A DNA stretch of 64,000 nucleotides from Isurus oxyrinchus (GCA_026770705.1 JANJGN010000041.1:6324001-6388000); one strand, 5' to 3'; positions 37,901 through 51,615 are shown, numbered from the stretch's first letter. Made by a program: numbers and translations. Notes: a model not told the origin generated them from the letters alone.

Positions 37901-38219
37901 TATTCTTCTAGTCAGTCAGCATGCACGTTCTGGCTCCTGCTTAATTCTGATGCCGGAGCCATTGGAGCCCAAATTTGGCCAAATGCAATCTCAGTTCACA
38001 CCTTATCTTTTTACTCTCGTTAAAGCGGCATAAAAGCAGTTGACTTTTAAAGAGAAGCCAAGTCAAAGGCATCTTAACAATATTCCAATAATAGCAACAT
38101 ATCAATGAATTTCATCAATAGCACCATGTACAATAGAATTGCTATTGTAGGTAACAATAATTACACCCATGTATCAATGAGCTGATTCCTAACAAGGTTA
38201 GAACATAATTTTCTTTTCG

Positions 38220-38990
38220 GTATGCCTTACCCTGCACTTGACACTCTCTCCTGCATTCTTCAGTGAATCAGGCTTGATCCTTTGCTTTGAACGTTATGGT
38301 GGTGTCAGGAATATGTCAGGCAATGACCTTGCAAGTTGTATTTTTATTTAATTCCGCTGCTGCTGATGGCTCTTGACGCCTTGTGGATGTTGAGATTTGA
38401 GCTGTGTGATCTGGTCTGAATCTATCCCGTTCAATCCAATGATTTTCAGAGAATACATTGGAGAGTGTCCTCAGTGCGAAGACCATCATCACAAGGCCTG
38501 TGTGGTGTGTGATTCCTATCAACACTGTCAGGGACAGATGCAACTGTAGCAAGTAGATTGCTGAGGATGATGTCGTGTAGAAATAACCCTCTCGTTGGTT
38601 CACCTGCCGCAGGTCTATTCTGCCATTCAGCGCTCGGACACCTAGGTCTGTAACGGTGACCCTGAGCCACTCTTGGGAATATTATGTGCATTTAATATGC
38701 TCACTGCTTCTTCAATGCTGTGTTTAACATGGAGGAGTATATATTGAACAGATTCGGGAAAATGGTATGTGGGAGTCAGCAGGATGTTCCATTTCTAATG
38801 TTTGCCCACCTGCCTTGCGACATCAGAGAGACTGGAGTCTGTGTTGAGCACTCCTGTCACAAGCCTAAAGTTATGCATTTCTCTGTGTCAACACGTCAGG
38901 AAGAACTTTTCATTCAGTGGGTCATAACTTACCCAGGGATATGGGTGATGAATCTGTGACATTGCCTTTTAAGTTATGATTATTCCAGTG
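38220..38990 (-). mobile_element. LINE relic (endonuclease-linker region)
   Basis: Similar to 32778-33420 and 6440-6860. Confidence 0.55.
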
Positions 38991-39466
38991 TGATTATGTT
39001 GGAGCAGCCGGGTGTCAATGTGGCTCTGCCATTACCTGACCTCCCCTCACTCCATGCCGATATGGTGACGCACCGATCCGAGTGCGAATTGAGACATGGA
39101 CAAGAGGCAGTGATCGATGCAGCCAGTTTTATTCACATGCTGCGGAAAGCAGTGGGCCAGGGTCATTAGATCCTCAGAATCTATCAGAGCAGGATTTATG
39201 GAATTACAGTTAGCTCCAGTCGGAGCCATGGACATCTCGCATATAGGGACATGTTATGTTTAGGCAAGTAATTTCTTATGCAGCAAGTGAGCCAAAAATA
39301 TGAAGTATGCCAAGAACCACCTCTCATATCTGTAACATCGGACAAATCTGCAGGTGCCTCCCAAATCATCACACTCTCTCCATTGTCCTTGGAAACAGAA
39401 AGGGATATTTCAGTGCTACAAAATTTCAAAGCTCTGCCGCATCTGGTTGCCATGCAACCAAATTCA

Positions 39467-39845
39467 CTGGAGACCAGAATTGTGCACAGTTCTCCAGCTG
39501 TCGTCTAACCGATGGATATGGAGACCAGAACTGTGCGTGCTGCTCCAATGTGGTCCAACCGAGTAACGTGGAGGCTGGAACTGTGCACAGTTCTCTAAGT
39601 GTGGTGAATCCGAGATATATTGAGGCCAGAGCTGTGCACAGTGTTCCAGGCGTGGTATAACCGATTGATATGGCGGATGGAATTGTGCACAGTGCTACAT
39701 GTGCCGTCTAACAGAGGGGTATGGAGAGCAGAGCTGTGCACATGGCTCCAGTTGTTTTCGAACCGAGGGGCATGGAGGTTTGAACTGTGCATAGTGCTCC
39801 AGGTGTGTTGAAACCGATGGTTGTGGAGATGGGACTGTGCACAAG
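39467..39845 (-). repeat. 51-bp minisatellite array C (~7 units)
   Basis: Same unit on the minus strand; translation SVSTHLEHYAQF...SVRKQLEPCAQLCSPYPSVR. Confidence 0.9.
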
Positions 39846-40069
39846 GGAAATGCTGCACCTTCTGCATAAAGGGGGAGTGGCAATGGAGGGTTTTGAAACA
39901 CGGGCCAACAGGCTGGTAGGTAACCTCCTGCCCTGCAGGGCAGTATTGTCCTAGGGGAGTGATTGGTGATGAAGATGTCTCCCCAGATCTGCCGAGGAGA
40001 GACACACTGCAGCAGAGCCATAAAACCCTGACCAAAGTTTATAGGTATTGCAGCATCTCACTGAGGGTC

Positions 40070-43000
40070 ATCACGTAGATGGGAGGAACAAGGCAACTAG
40101 GATAGTTGCTTGGGTTATAATCGACAATTATGAGTAATTTTCTTTTAAAGACGATTTATGGAAGGGTGGAAAATGGATATGGACAGCTTTCTCTTTAGGA
40201 AACTTTTTAAGGTTTGTGGAAGAAAGAGGGGCAGATGAAGTTAAGACACCAATTTGAAACCTCTTTCATTGTATCAAGTGACTTTACAAAAATGAATTGC
40301 AATCAGCAGAAGTGACTTTGAGGGTCGTACAGAAATTGCCCATATATTGTACATTTCAATCTCGGGAATTATATGGCCGGGTGACAGACATTGACAATGC
40401 CTTGACATGAAGCGATTAATGTCCATAATGAATAGGAAATTCTTTAAATACTGGGATTGTAGTAGTGCCTATGTTTATGTTAGTGTCTGTGTATCTTAAC
40501 TGGATGAAAACCAGCAAGGCTGGTTGATTGATGTGTAGTAATTTTCGATTTTAGTTAGATAAAGAGAAGCAGTAAAATGAATGCATATTTGTTGAACAAA
40601 CCATTCAAAATATTGGGTTAAATATTACTCCTAGCTACACGACACCATAGCAATGTCTTTATATTGCTATTAAAATTGGTGGAATAAAAGGATTATTGTT
40701 AGCAGAGGTAAAATAAAAAAAAATAGTAAAGCTAATGAAAATTTGCATTCAAAGGGAAGGCTAGATTTAAGCAGAAACGTGTTTGTACATACGAGTCATT
40801 GACAGCTATGATCAAACCATGCTGTCAGCCTGGATCTGTTTCTGCAGAAGAAACAAATTGGTGTTAATTTAGTAAATGTTTACTTTAGTTTTACATTAAA
40901 AACTTCGTGAAGATTGATGGTTTTATTTCTGAATTCAGAGTTGCATCTCAAGCATACCAGTATAGGCTATTACAGTTGTTGAATTTTCCCTTTTGATTTT
41001 AGGCAAATAAGCCTTAATCAATTGCTGTGTCGTAACAGCCTATTGTAGTAGAACAACCTGTTGAGACAGAATCAGCAGAGAACGTACAGAAAGAGAACCC
41101 TAGTGTTTCCAGACTGTGTGGTGACTAAACCACAGTTGTGCACATTTACACAGGAAGTGGAATAATCTAACGGACAGGCAGACAATGCTGAAATTCATTT
41201 GGTTGGATAAATCCTTGAAAATATTGCTCAGGATGAGTGTGCTGAAGAGGATGAGACTGAAGTATTCAGTTCATTAGTGGAGCTAAATATGCAATGCCTA
41301 CTCGTAACGCAATTAAACGTCACCGGTTACTCTGAAGTAGAAGCAGAATGCATTACAGAGTTTACTTACATTCAGAACAATGTGTTAATGAAGAACTAGA
41401 GGCAGCGTGTTGTTCATGTAGATGGAAAGTGGACAGTAGTGCACGAAGTAGTGATACCATCTGCGTAATGGAATTAAAATTTGAGAGCACCTCATGAAAT
41501 TCCAATCGCTGTACATGTGGGAAGTAGGAAAACCCAAGATAATTACAATGGAGCAAATAGTCTATTGGACTTGACTACATGAAGATGTACACAAATTCTG
41601 TCAAACATGTCGCATATGTCAGTTGAAAGGAAAAGCTATAGCATTTGTTAAACCACCACATTTAATTATAATGCCAGCGTTTGAGGAATCATTTAAACAG
41701 TCTCCTGATTGATTGTGTAGGACACCTCCCTCAGACTAAAAGTGGGAATCAGTACTTACTGACAGTCATATATGTGTCCATGAGATTTCCAGAAGCTTGT
41801 CGTTAAGGAAAAATGCAGCAAAGTGGAGTAAATCATTTTTCATTACAAGATATGGATTAAGAAAAGAAAGACAGTCGGATCAAGGTTCGAATTTCATATC
41901 ACATCTGTGTAGATAAGTTACGTACAGCCTAGGAATATAACAATTTATGAAGTCAGCGGATCTCCCTGAATTACAGTGTGCCTTAGAAAGGTGGTAACAC
42001 TGCATGAAGGCTATAATTATCGCATGTGTTCAAGGCTATCCACATGGAAATTTTCGAGGGATTTTATTCTTTTTGGTTTCCTTTACGGACATCCTTAATG
42101 TGTCAAAAGGATTCAGTCCTTTTGAGTTAATTTATGGTCATGCAATGAGGGGAAAGTGCAATGTGATTGAGGCGAACTTCGTGGGGCAAAGTTCAGATAC
42201 TACTTTTTTTGGACATGTGGCGAATTTCAGAGAAAGAGTGAGGAACGCATCTGAGCTAAGCAAGAAAATGTTAGTTATACCTCAGCAAGAGACAAAGGCA
42301 AATACAGCTCAAAGGACAAAGGCTCGTAGTTTTTTTTAGGTGTCGGCAAAGTGTTAGTTTTGTTCCCAGTGTCAGGTGAACATTTCAAGGCAATGTTTAG
42401 CGGGCCTTACCAAGTTGAAATGGGGCTGAATGTAGTAAACTATGTAATAAAGTACCCCAGGTAGAAGGAAGAGCCGGCCGGTGTATCATTAAAATTGGCT
42501 TAAATATATATTTTAACAGACAGAATAAACAGGAAGAGGTACAGCTAGTTGTAAGTAAGGGAACAGAGGTAAAGGCTAAGGATTCTGAAACTTACCTACC
42601 TCTGATTTAAACGCATAATCAGGAAGTACTGAGGAACATAAATTTGTGCTTTGGTTACTTTCCAGAAAAGCGTCAAAAGTGATTGAAAAAAACTATTGCA
42701 GTCATATAAAGCAATTATTGGAAGTCAATTGGGGAATGCATATTCGGCTGTACATGATATTGAGCTGGGGAACTGAGCTTCAAAAAGGCAACACGATGAG
42801 AGATGAAATCCAGTAAAATCACCAATAGTGCAGGAGGAAATTCAATTTCTGCTTCAACACGACAGGATTGTGCCTAGTAACACTAATTGGAGTTCAGCCA
42901 TTGTAATGGTGCGGAAAACAAATTGCTTACAAACACTATGTATTCATTACTGAAAAAAATGAACGCTACAACAAAGGCAGATTCATATCACAGGCGATGA

Positions 43001-43075
43001 TCAGACAGATGATAGCAAGATATCCGGACAGTCAACACCTACCAAAAATCTGACTTGCTGCGAGGATACCCTTAT
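40070..43075 (+). mobile_element. Gmr1-like Gypsy LTR retrotransposon pol relic (integrase upstream of RT)
   Basis: Pre-integrase segment VVQKLPI..LGNYMAG | PIVVEQP. Integrase LIDCVGHLPQTKSGNQYLLT..RFPEA, QSDQGSNF, FSPFELIYGH, FSGPY (~41560-42500). Then RT N-terminus VQEEIQFLL..WSSAIVMVRK..DLLRGY (~42750-43075). Confidence 0.85.
40403..41037. mobile_element. Solo LTR (635 bp) nested in the Gmr1-like pol
   Basis: TG...CA termini (tgacatga / tcgtaaca), flanked by 4-bp direct repeat gcct (40399-40402, 41038-41041); host translation resumes across it. Confidence 0.75.
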
Positions 43076-44669
43076 TTGAAAGGGCATTAGTTTTTCTGAT
43101 GCTGGATGGTCTACATCAATGCCATTATGGAATGCACTTTGGCATGAAAAATAAATGGACCAGCAGTGCTTCCTTGCAAGGATAATGGAAGATGATGCAG
43201 TTGTTGAAATGATTGAATTTGAAATTAAAAAAAAAACAGAGCTATGGAGAATGAGTAGATATAGAGTGGGCAGAATTCGGTTGCTCTGGAAAAGCACCAA
43301 GGGAGGCTCAATGGCCAAAACGGCCTTATTTTGTGCATAATGATTCTTACTTCTAACACAGAGACATTTTTTATTAAACATTCTCCAGTTCAATCATTAA
43401 ACAGACCTCCCTCTTAATTACCACAAATCTGCCTTGGGATAGTTAGTGCATCGTCATCACTCTTAAAGTGCAGCCAATCCCCATTGTGCCCGTGTTATTA
43501 TTAACTAGTGAACATTCGCTCAATTCCTATAAGGAACATTAGCGCTCCGGTTATCTCCTTGTGACTCTCAGGAGCTCAGGAGATGATGTCAAAAGCTCTG
43601 TTCGTGGTACTTGGTTTCCTTTTGCTGGGAGAGACTCTCTTCTATCTCGCTGATAGAGATTGTACAATTGGGAGGTGAGCAAGTCTCTCAATAGTGATTC
43701 TTGAGCAATATTGATTGGAACAGGAGTCCATTCAACCACTCAATCCTGTGATGGCACTGAATTTGGCAGATATTTGCTTTACTCCATCAGCCAAGCACTG
43801 TTAAAATGATTTCCAAATGCAAATTTACCAATTTTAGTGTTGTGCATTTTCACACAATTGGCTTAAATTGTTTTTTTTTAATTTACATTAACAGCAGCGA
43901 GCCTCAGCATAAAAGCAAATCTCCTTTTACCCTCCTAACTCTCAATTGCATTCGGCCCCTCGGTAATGTATTCCATGAAGGCAATACCACGTGGACTAAT
44001 CCTTCCCTTTTCCATCTTTTCTGATTGTTGTCTCCATCTCCATCCTTGTCATGTCCTGCGGCCTCACAACCCTGAGGGGATATCTGCGCCCCACTGACAC
44101 TGTCAGATTGTGCATCCAATATTGGAGGCTGTGCCTTCAGATGCCCCTGAAATCCATCCCTCTGTTCATGAGGCTTGGTATAAGTTGCTTTTCATCATGT
44201 TCGTGTTAAGTTCACTAATTGTTATTATATTAAATTGAAGGTGCAACGGAAGTTGCTTTCATTCTGGCTGTGCAAAGCTCAAACCACCATATTCATTTGT
44301 GAGACGATCTTTTGATTAAATGCACAGATAAAGTGGCTCTGAGAGACCACACTTGGGAAACAGTTAAAGGCATCCGGAATGCAACGTTTCTACAATGCTT
44401 TCGATGTTGACCAGGTGAGCTTTGGTTAAAATGGATATTTGGAGCACTTTGTCAATCTGTATAATATTTGCTTGCAACACGGATCTTTCTTGTTTCGGCA
44501 GTTACCATCCTGTCTGACTGTATTGAACAAGCTGCTATGATCTGTAATTAATGAATCATCCCAGTATAGAATCCAGCCGCTCACTGCGTGTGTGTGTGGA
44601 CAATATACAAACCGCCCACTCCTTACTCTCCTAACTTCACTCGTACAATCTATTAACACATCGGGCTGT

Positions 44670-45300
44670 TGTTGTGCTAACTTTGACCAACGGATGACAG
44701 GAGGCTCAGATACAGGTCACGATTGTTTATTAAAGCAATTGCAAAGGGAGAACCATCTCAAGGCATCATGAGATAGCACACGGACAAACTGCAAGCATGT
44801 TTTATATACCACTGATCCCATAAAATAACATTACTGAAATCCCCTTCTTGGTGGAATTTATATTATATCGTAGATGTTCTTTCACGCTGGCAGAAATGTC
44901 AGCCCCTATCCTGGCTGGACTAACTGTCCTTCCCTAATCACTTGAAAAGAGCACTTAATCTATGTTGTTGTCATCCTCTGTCTCAAATCAGGCTCTCAAG
45001 GCCTTTCTGTTGTTTGCAGGCTCTAAGGTTGTGCAATGTTCAACTGGTAACTTTGTCTCTTAATGTGCTTGATAGGTCTGGTTGCATGGAGATTTTAAGT
45101 CATTCATTCAGTTTCAATACATTCTTGTTGAATTTTCCTGAACAAACCCCCCTTTTGGATCTTGGCCTAGCCCAGATTATCCACATTCAGTTGTACTGTC
45201 CGTCTCTTTATGTACCGCCACACATTGATACTGGTCTGTTACCTCGCTTTGAACCTAAAACAGCACTGGTCAGCTCAGCTGTAGAATCTGGCCCGTCACA
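44670..45300 (-). mobile_element. Possible solo LTR
   Basis: Minus strand TGTGAC...CAACA with TATATAA followed by AATAAA; no TSD found. Confidence 0.3.
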
Positions 45301-45309
45301 TGAGGCGCT

Positions 45310-45550
45310 AATTTTCCTTTGGTCTTTTATGATTTTAGTATCTCTTTGTTCATCTCTAAAATCTTCCCAATCTTCCAACTTGTCAGAGACCCTTGCAATT
45401 TGGTATGCCTTAGTTTTGGAAATTCTGTCACCTTTAACTTCCTAGTTTATCCATGGATGATGGTTTCCCCCTCATACCATCTTTCTTCCTCATTGGAATG
45501 ATAATTCACTTTATTTTTGCGATTGTCACGAGGCACTTTTCATAATTGTA
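45310..45550 (-). mobile_element. CR1 ORF2 fragment
   Basis: Minus translation IPMRKK..HHPWI..AYQIARVSDKLEDWEDFR. Confidence 0.55.
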
Positions 45551-46073
45551 TTTAAACACATTTATGTGACTGAAAGTGTTGTCCAGGTTGATTAGCAGTT
45601 TACAAATTTGATGCAGCGAAGATCTTAGGGTTTTATGCCAGGTCGAGGGAAAATGTACCCTTGGCTCTAGGTCTGGTGAGTCAGTTTTGATTAATTTATC
45701 CCATTTTGTTTCTCTTCCCGGTAAGTTAGTGATGTTTTTGTTCCTGTCGTGAAGAAAGTGTTATCCTTCAAATGTTATTAATTGCTAGCCGAAGCGCATG
45801 GCTTCGTTCGAGTTCCTGGAAGTCATATCCGATCCGATGTTATGGGGGATTTGATGGGCGAAATTCCCAGTTTTATTGGTGTGCAATACTCGCATCTCGC
45901 ATGTGGAAGGTCAATCTGTTTCTATGTTTCTTTTTCATTCACAATCACACCTTTCTGCTTCACTGTTGCCTTTATCAATGATACGACAGTGGATATTTTT
46001 TGCATGAACCATTTGTATTTCAGCCCTTCAATTTCACATCTTTCTATCTATCGATCCATCCATCTATGTAACT

Positions 46074-46380
46074 AAAACAAAACTTAAAATACCTGGAAAA
46101 CACTCAGCAGGTCGGGGAGTATCTGTGGAGAGGAACACAGTTAACTATTCGAGTCCTTATGATAGTGATCAGTAGACTTCTATCCAGCTCTACATGTCCC
46201 ACCCCCTCCCTTAAACCTGCTTATATTTCACCTCTTTTCTATTTTTCCTTATTTCTGTGGAAGAGTCATGCAAGCTTGAAAGATTAACTGTTTTTCTCTC
46301 CACAGATGCTGTACGGCCTGCTGAGTTTTTCCAGGTAATGTCATTTTGGATTTCTGGCATCCGCAGTGCTTTGCTTTTAT
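46074..46380 (+). mobile_element. Penelope-like 3' remnant with inverted pseudo-LTR, specific to copy B
   Basis: 46200-46380 resembles 18480-18675; 46090-46162 is the reverse complement of 46266-46337; absent at the matching site of copy A. Confidence 0.75.
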
Positions 46381-47384
46381 CTATCTATCTACCTAAGCAT
46401 TTATCTATATATCTATCCACCTGTCTGTCTATCTATCTATCTATCTATCTATCTACCTAACCATTTATCTATCTATCTATCCACATGTCTGTCTATCTAT
46501 CTATCTATCTACCTAACCATTTATCTATNNNNNNNNNNNNNNNNNNNNNNNNNNNNNNNNNNNNNNNNNNNNNNNNNNNNNNNNNNNNNNNNNNNNNNNN
46601 NNNNNNNNNNNNNNNNNNNNNNNNNNNNNNNNNNNNNNNNNNNNNNNNNNNNNNNNNNNNNNNNNNNNNNNNNNNNNNNNNNNNNNNNNNNNNNNNNNNN
46701 NNNNNNNNNNNNNNNNNNNNNNNNNNNNNNNNNNNNNNNNNNNNNNNNNNNNNNNNNNNNNNNNNNNNNNNNNNNNNNNNNNNNNNNNNNNNNNNNNNNN
46801 NNNNNNNNNNNNNNNNNNNNNNNNNNNNNNNNNNNNNNNNNNNNNNNNNNNNNNNNNNNNNNNNNNNNNNNNNNNNNNNNNNNNNNNNNNNNNNNNNNNN
46901 NNNNNNNNNNNNNNNNNNNNNNNNNNNNNNNNNNNNNNNNNNNNNNNNNNNNNNNNNNNNNNNNNNNNNNNNNNNNNNNNNNNNNNNNNNNNNNNNNNNN
47001 NNNNNNNNNNNNNNNNNNNNNNNNNNNNNNNNNNNNNNNNNNNTTTATCTAACTATGTATCTATCTACCTTTTTATCTATCTANNNNNNNNNNNNNNNNN
47101 NNNNNNNNNNNNNNNNNNNNNNNNNNNNNNNNNNNNNNNNNNNNNNNNNNNNNNNNNNNNNNNNNNNNNNNNNNNNNNNNNNNNNNNNNNNNNNNNNNNN
47201 NNNNNNNNNNNNNNNNNNNNNNNNNTATCCANNNNNNNNNNNNNNNNNNNNNNNNNNNNNNNNNNNNNNNNNNNNNNNNNNNNNNNNNNNNNNNNNNNNN
47301 NNNNNNNNNNNNNNNNNNNNNNNNNNNNNNNNNNNNNNNNNNNNNNNNNNNNNNNNNNNNNNNNNNNNNNNNNNNNNNNNNNNN
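46378..47384. repeat. (TATC)n-rich satellite with N gaps (46529-47043, 47084-47225, 47232-47384)
   Basis: Direct observation. Confidence 0.85.
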
Positions 47385-48029
47385 CTCATTCTCTTGTTCT
47401 TTCGTTCGCATGCTCCATTTGTCATTCGCATGCTCCATTTGTCATTCTCATGCTCCATTTGTCACACACACTGTCTAGCTCTCTCTCTCGCGTACAACTC
47501 TCTCTTCAATCTATCCATTTGAATGTGTGTCAATCTGTGCATCTATGTGTCTGTCTAACTGTCTGTACGTCTGTCTGTCTAATCATCTTGATGATTAATT
47601 CTCTCGGCCCTTCGACATGTGCGTGCACTGCAAAAAAAAAAAAACTGTCAGTGTGATATCACGTGTGAGATTAGATCAAGTCCATCCTTCTACAATCGAT
47701 TGCCAAATTCAGCATAAAATGTCTGTTCAGGCGGAATAAATTATCTTTCCCCATGATTCCTTGTCCTGAAGGCGCTTCTCTCTGTTCTCCACAAATACTG
47801 AAATCATTGGTAGATTCCTCCATTTGGTTCTGCTGAATGTTTGTTATTTTGTTCATAATCATGTTTTCAAATGTATCATTTCATATGGTGGGGATATGGT
47901 TAGATGGGCCACAAGTTATTGCACGATCCAAATTGCCATTGAAAATATGGAGGTGCCCTACCTTCCTGAAATTGTATATTTCTACTGATTGACGTCAGTA
48001 GCATTCCCTCAGCACCAAAAATGAAGTCC

Positions 48030-49500
48030 TTCCGGCTCAGTGTAATTTCAGATGAAGCAGTAGTCCAATGGTGGACCTACATGTTCATCCGCCATGGGAG
48101 AAGTTTTCAGCACTCACGAGTGGAAGTCAAAGGCCCAGGTTGCTTCACTTTTACTTGCTGTGCCTCGGCCTTTCCACCACTCTTTTGAGTCGCTGAGTCT
48201 CGAAGCAGTTTTTGATTTGATGGACCGCATTGTGCCAGGCCGAAAGTCTGGGAGCATTCTCCTCCCGCTCCTTGGAGATAAGGACCCCGTGCTTTAGGGA
48301 CACCTGGAGAGTAGCCTTGAACCTTTCTCTTTGGCCACCCTTCGGACGAGAAATGCTTAGTGGCAGAGGTATGTATGGTAAGGCATCCCTTTATTGACAC
48401 ATGTACCCGATGACCACCACATATCTGCTGCATTTTTGCACGAATTTGACTGGGGGCCAACACAGCTTTGCCCCGGTCCTCAATCCTCCATCCCACAGGG
48501 CTTTTCGCCTGAAGCAGGCCTGTGAACACCATATTTTAGTAGCAGCATTCCGGTGACTAGGGTGTATGCTTCATATGGTGCATGCACAACACGTTGCTTT
48601 TAAAACGGTGGCCTCAGGACCCCATTTACTGGGATCCAGCTTGCAATCTCTGAGTTTGGCTTTGAGATTTCTGACATTCTGTGGCGGTGCTTCCCTTACT
48701 GACTGAGTGTGGGTTTTGGTACGTAGGCATTATCTAGATAAACCACAAGACCTACCCAGGGGACTGAGGCTCGATTGAATATATTTACAATGTCAGGAAT
48801 GCTGCACTTTACAAGATTATCGGTTTTCCAAATTTTGTCTTGCCAACAGCCTTTGGAAATGGTTCACGGGCAGTGAAGTTGGAAAGTTTTCATTAGCTTT
48901 CTATGAGGCCGAATGGTTATGCAAGTCTCGCACTGATATGGAAGTGATATAAACAACAAGGCCTGGCAGGCCTTGATCTTCCATCTGAGGGAAAACCCAT
49001 GTTTTCTTTGCCGAAATCAGTGAGTGAAGCCTGCCAACCACCGAGCTTGTTTTTGCCAGGTGCTGGTAATTTGCCCATCCAGGTTGTGACCTTGGAGTGC
49101 ATGCTGACAAGTTAGCAAACCTTCTGTACTGAAAAGAGGGGTGCATTGGTCAAAGTGGCTGTGGTGTCTTGGAGCACGAGAGCAGCAGTGGTTTGATACA
49201 GCGTCTGTATCCTCAAATATATTGTTAATCGTAAACAATTTGATTTTGCAGCAAGGCACTCAGCATGCACCTGAATGTCTCCGGATCCTGAACTATGAGT
49301 GTACATTCGTCCACAAATAAGACTTCCCTCTGTTGCTTTCCAATAACCTCTGTGCAAGGATTTAATTTTGGCCTTTGAAAAGGCTGCCTATTGCCTGAAA
49401 TGCTTGTGTAATCCTGTTTCAAGCTGCTTGAGCGCATACTTGGAAAATGACCGACACATATATGACAAAAAGTGCTGGAGCCATTAAGCAGTCTTATTTG
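48030..49500 (-). mobile_element. RTE-clade LINE relic (duplicate of 1030-2500)
   Basis: Colinear with the copy A element; translation includes GHRVH...GWPKRKVQ remnants. Confidence 0.7.
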
Positions 49501-50711
49501 GCGCCACAAGTAAACAAAAAATAGTTTCACACAGACAAACCATTTTGCATCGCTCTGATCATGACGCCATCACCAAATTGTGAATGACACTGATCATCTG
49601 TTCAGGGCTGTCGCATATTTATGGATGAGTTGGATAGTTTATTGACCAATAAGGGAGACTAGGGACATGAGGATATAATTGTGTGTTGTGAGAGAGATGG
49701 CGGAGGGGGCCGGTGTACGGCGCTGGTTGAGGTAACAGAGGCAGGACAGCAGTGCTGAGGCTCTGATCAGATAAGCCATGAGCCTTCCGATTTGCAGAAC
49801 AGGTTCAAGGGGCCGAATGACCTACTGAACTTAACTATTCTGTTTTTGGTGCTTGTTTGAAATGCAACCCACACCAAAGTCGGAGGGGCCATCGAACGGA
49901 TTCATCATAATCAGTGCATCCATCTGCTAATGATTGTCTGCAGAAGGGATTTGAGGGCCAAGAGTTAAATGTTAAGCATGGAACACCCTCACAGCGATGT
50001 ACTCCATATATCCCATTATATTATTCAAAAAAAGTTTTTCATTCAGGTAAAGCGTCACTCTGGATGGAGTATGTGAATGGGTGAGCAGAAGGATTGCATG
50101 GCATGGGGAATCGTTACTGAGGGTGTATGGGGTTGGATTGTCTTGAACGCATTATCTTGAAATATTTCAGTTGAGAAAACAAAAGCCTTGTCCATACACT
50201 TTCTATTACACATCAGGTCACGAGCAACTCCAACCTTCTGGGTCCTCCAGTTGCATTTATAATTTCCAGGCAGAATGATGTAAATGTAGGTGCAACAACA
50301 CAGAATGTAGGTCAAGTCACTGACGGAAATGTAATTTCCAGAGGAATCCACGGAAATATCTGGGCAGCGTATTAGTCCCCTCTGGAAGATGAAATGACAA
50401 TATATCAGACATGTGCTCTGTTGGAACATAGAATGTGTCCCGAAACACAAAACAGTGATAAACGTCTGAAATTTCCCCACTTCTTTTTCTGACAGTTCAG
50501 GCCGATTGAATTTCCTCGATTCATTTTGATCTAAATCAGTAACGATTTGATACCCAATATCGCTCTGCGTGTTAATCATTTCCAGCCGCACCTATCCACT
50601 ATGGAACCTACCCGTGCTCTTTAAAATATAGCCCCTTCCATTGTATAGACCGCAAACTTCATTCCAATGTTGGCCGTTTCACTTCGAAATGGTGTCTTTC
50701 AGAAGGAGAAT

Positions 50712-50823
50712 GACTGACGTAAACTGTTTGTTCAATGACTGAAACTAATTGATTTCTTTTGGGGACATGAATGCGCTCATGGGGATTTATCTGCTGCCTA
50801 TATAACAGTTTCTCTGAATGTCA
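50712..50823 (+). promoter_or_regulatory. Candidate core promoter of GPCR copy B (TATATAA 50799-50805)
   Basis: Same conserved block and motifs as 3708-3819. Confidence 0.4.
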
Positions 50824-51545
50824 CATTTCATGTTTTCCAAAAGGCTCGGTGTGTCTCTTTCTACAGGAGTTAGCGCTTCTTCCCAAGGATATAATTTGCT
50901 CTACTTCATCAGATATGGGCCATTTACAAACCCATTCTTGAAGTTCTTATTTTCCAATGAACGTTTATTAACATGCTCTCGGACTAACAATGTAAATTTC
51001 TGTCCTTCTTTAGTTTCATGAATGAGGGTAACGCTTGAAAGGCCTGTACTGCCCATCTCTAATTCTACTTGTGAAGTGGGTGTTGAGCTGCTGCGATCTT
51101 TGTGGTGTAGTTACATCCACGTTCTTATTCGGGGGGATCCATTAACTTGACATGGAGACAGTAAAGGGATGGCAATAGTTTTCCAAACCAGGGCATTGAG
51201 TGGCTTGGAGAGGGACGATCAGCGAGCGGCGTTCCCATGTTCATGTTGCCTTTGCCTTTCTAGATCATTGCGGCTGTGTGTATGATTAGTTAAATAAAGG
51301 GCTTCATGTTCGCCAAATGTAACAGCTTTTCTCTGTTCACTGCTACGATTGCTGTCGTGCCTGTTTTACCCTGTTACTCCAGATTAATTAACGTGGCATC
51401 TCCTCCCGAATCTCCTGTGATTTTAATGTGATTCTCTTATTTTCCTGAACTGAATTTAAAGAAGAAGAGGGTTTCTACGTTTCAGCTCAGACATTCATTC
51501 CATATTCTGCATCGATCTCTGCAGGAAAGACATCTCCTCATAAAG

Positions 51546-51615
51546 ATGGGAGAACTGATACTGCACCAGATAGAAGCCATTTACTATCCTATTCTCGCGG
51601 CCATTGGTGTTCCTG
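51546..51615 (+). CDS. GPR139/GPR142-like class A GPCR, copy B, coding exon 1 (MGELILHQIEAIYYPILAAIGVP, phase 1)
   Basis: ATG 51546, 70 nt, donor CCTG|gtaag at 51616, upstream acceptor ctgcag at 51524; 21/23 residues identical to copy A. Confidence 0.88.

Noticed and set aside
47405-47464. 20-bp unit repeated three times in copy B only
   Set aside because: Trivial local slippage next to a microsatellite and gap.
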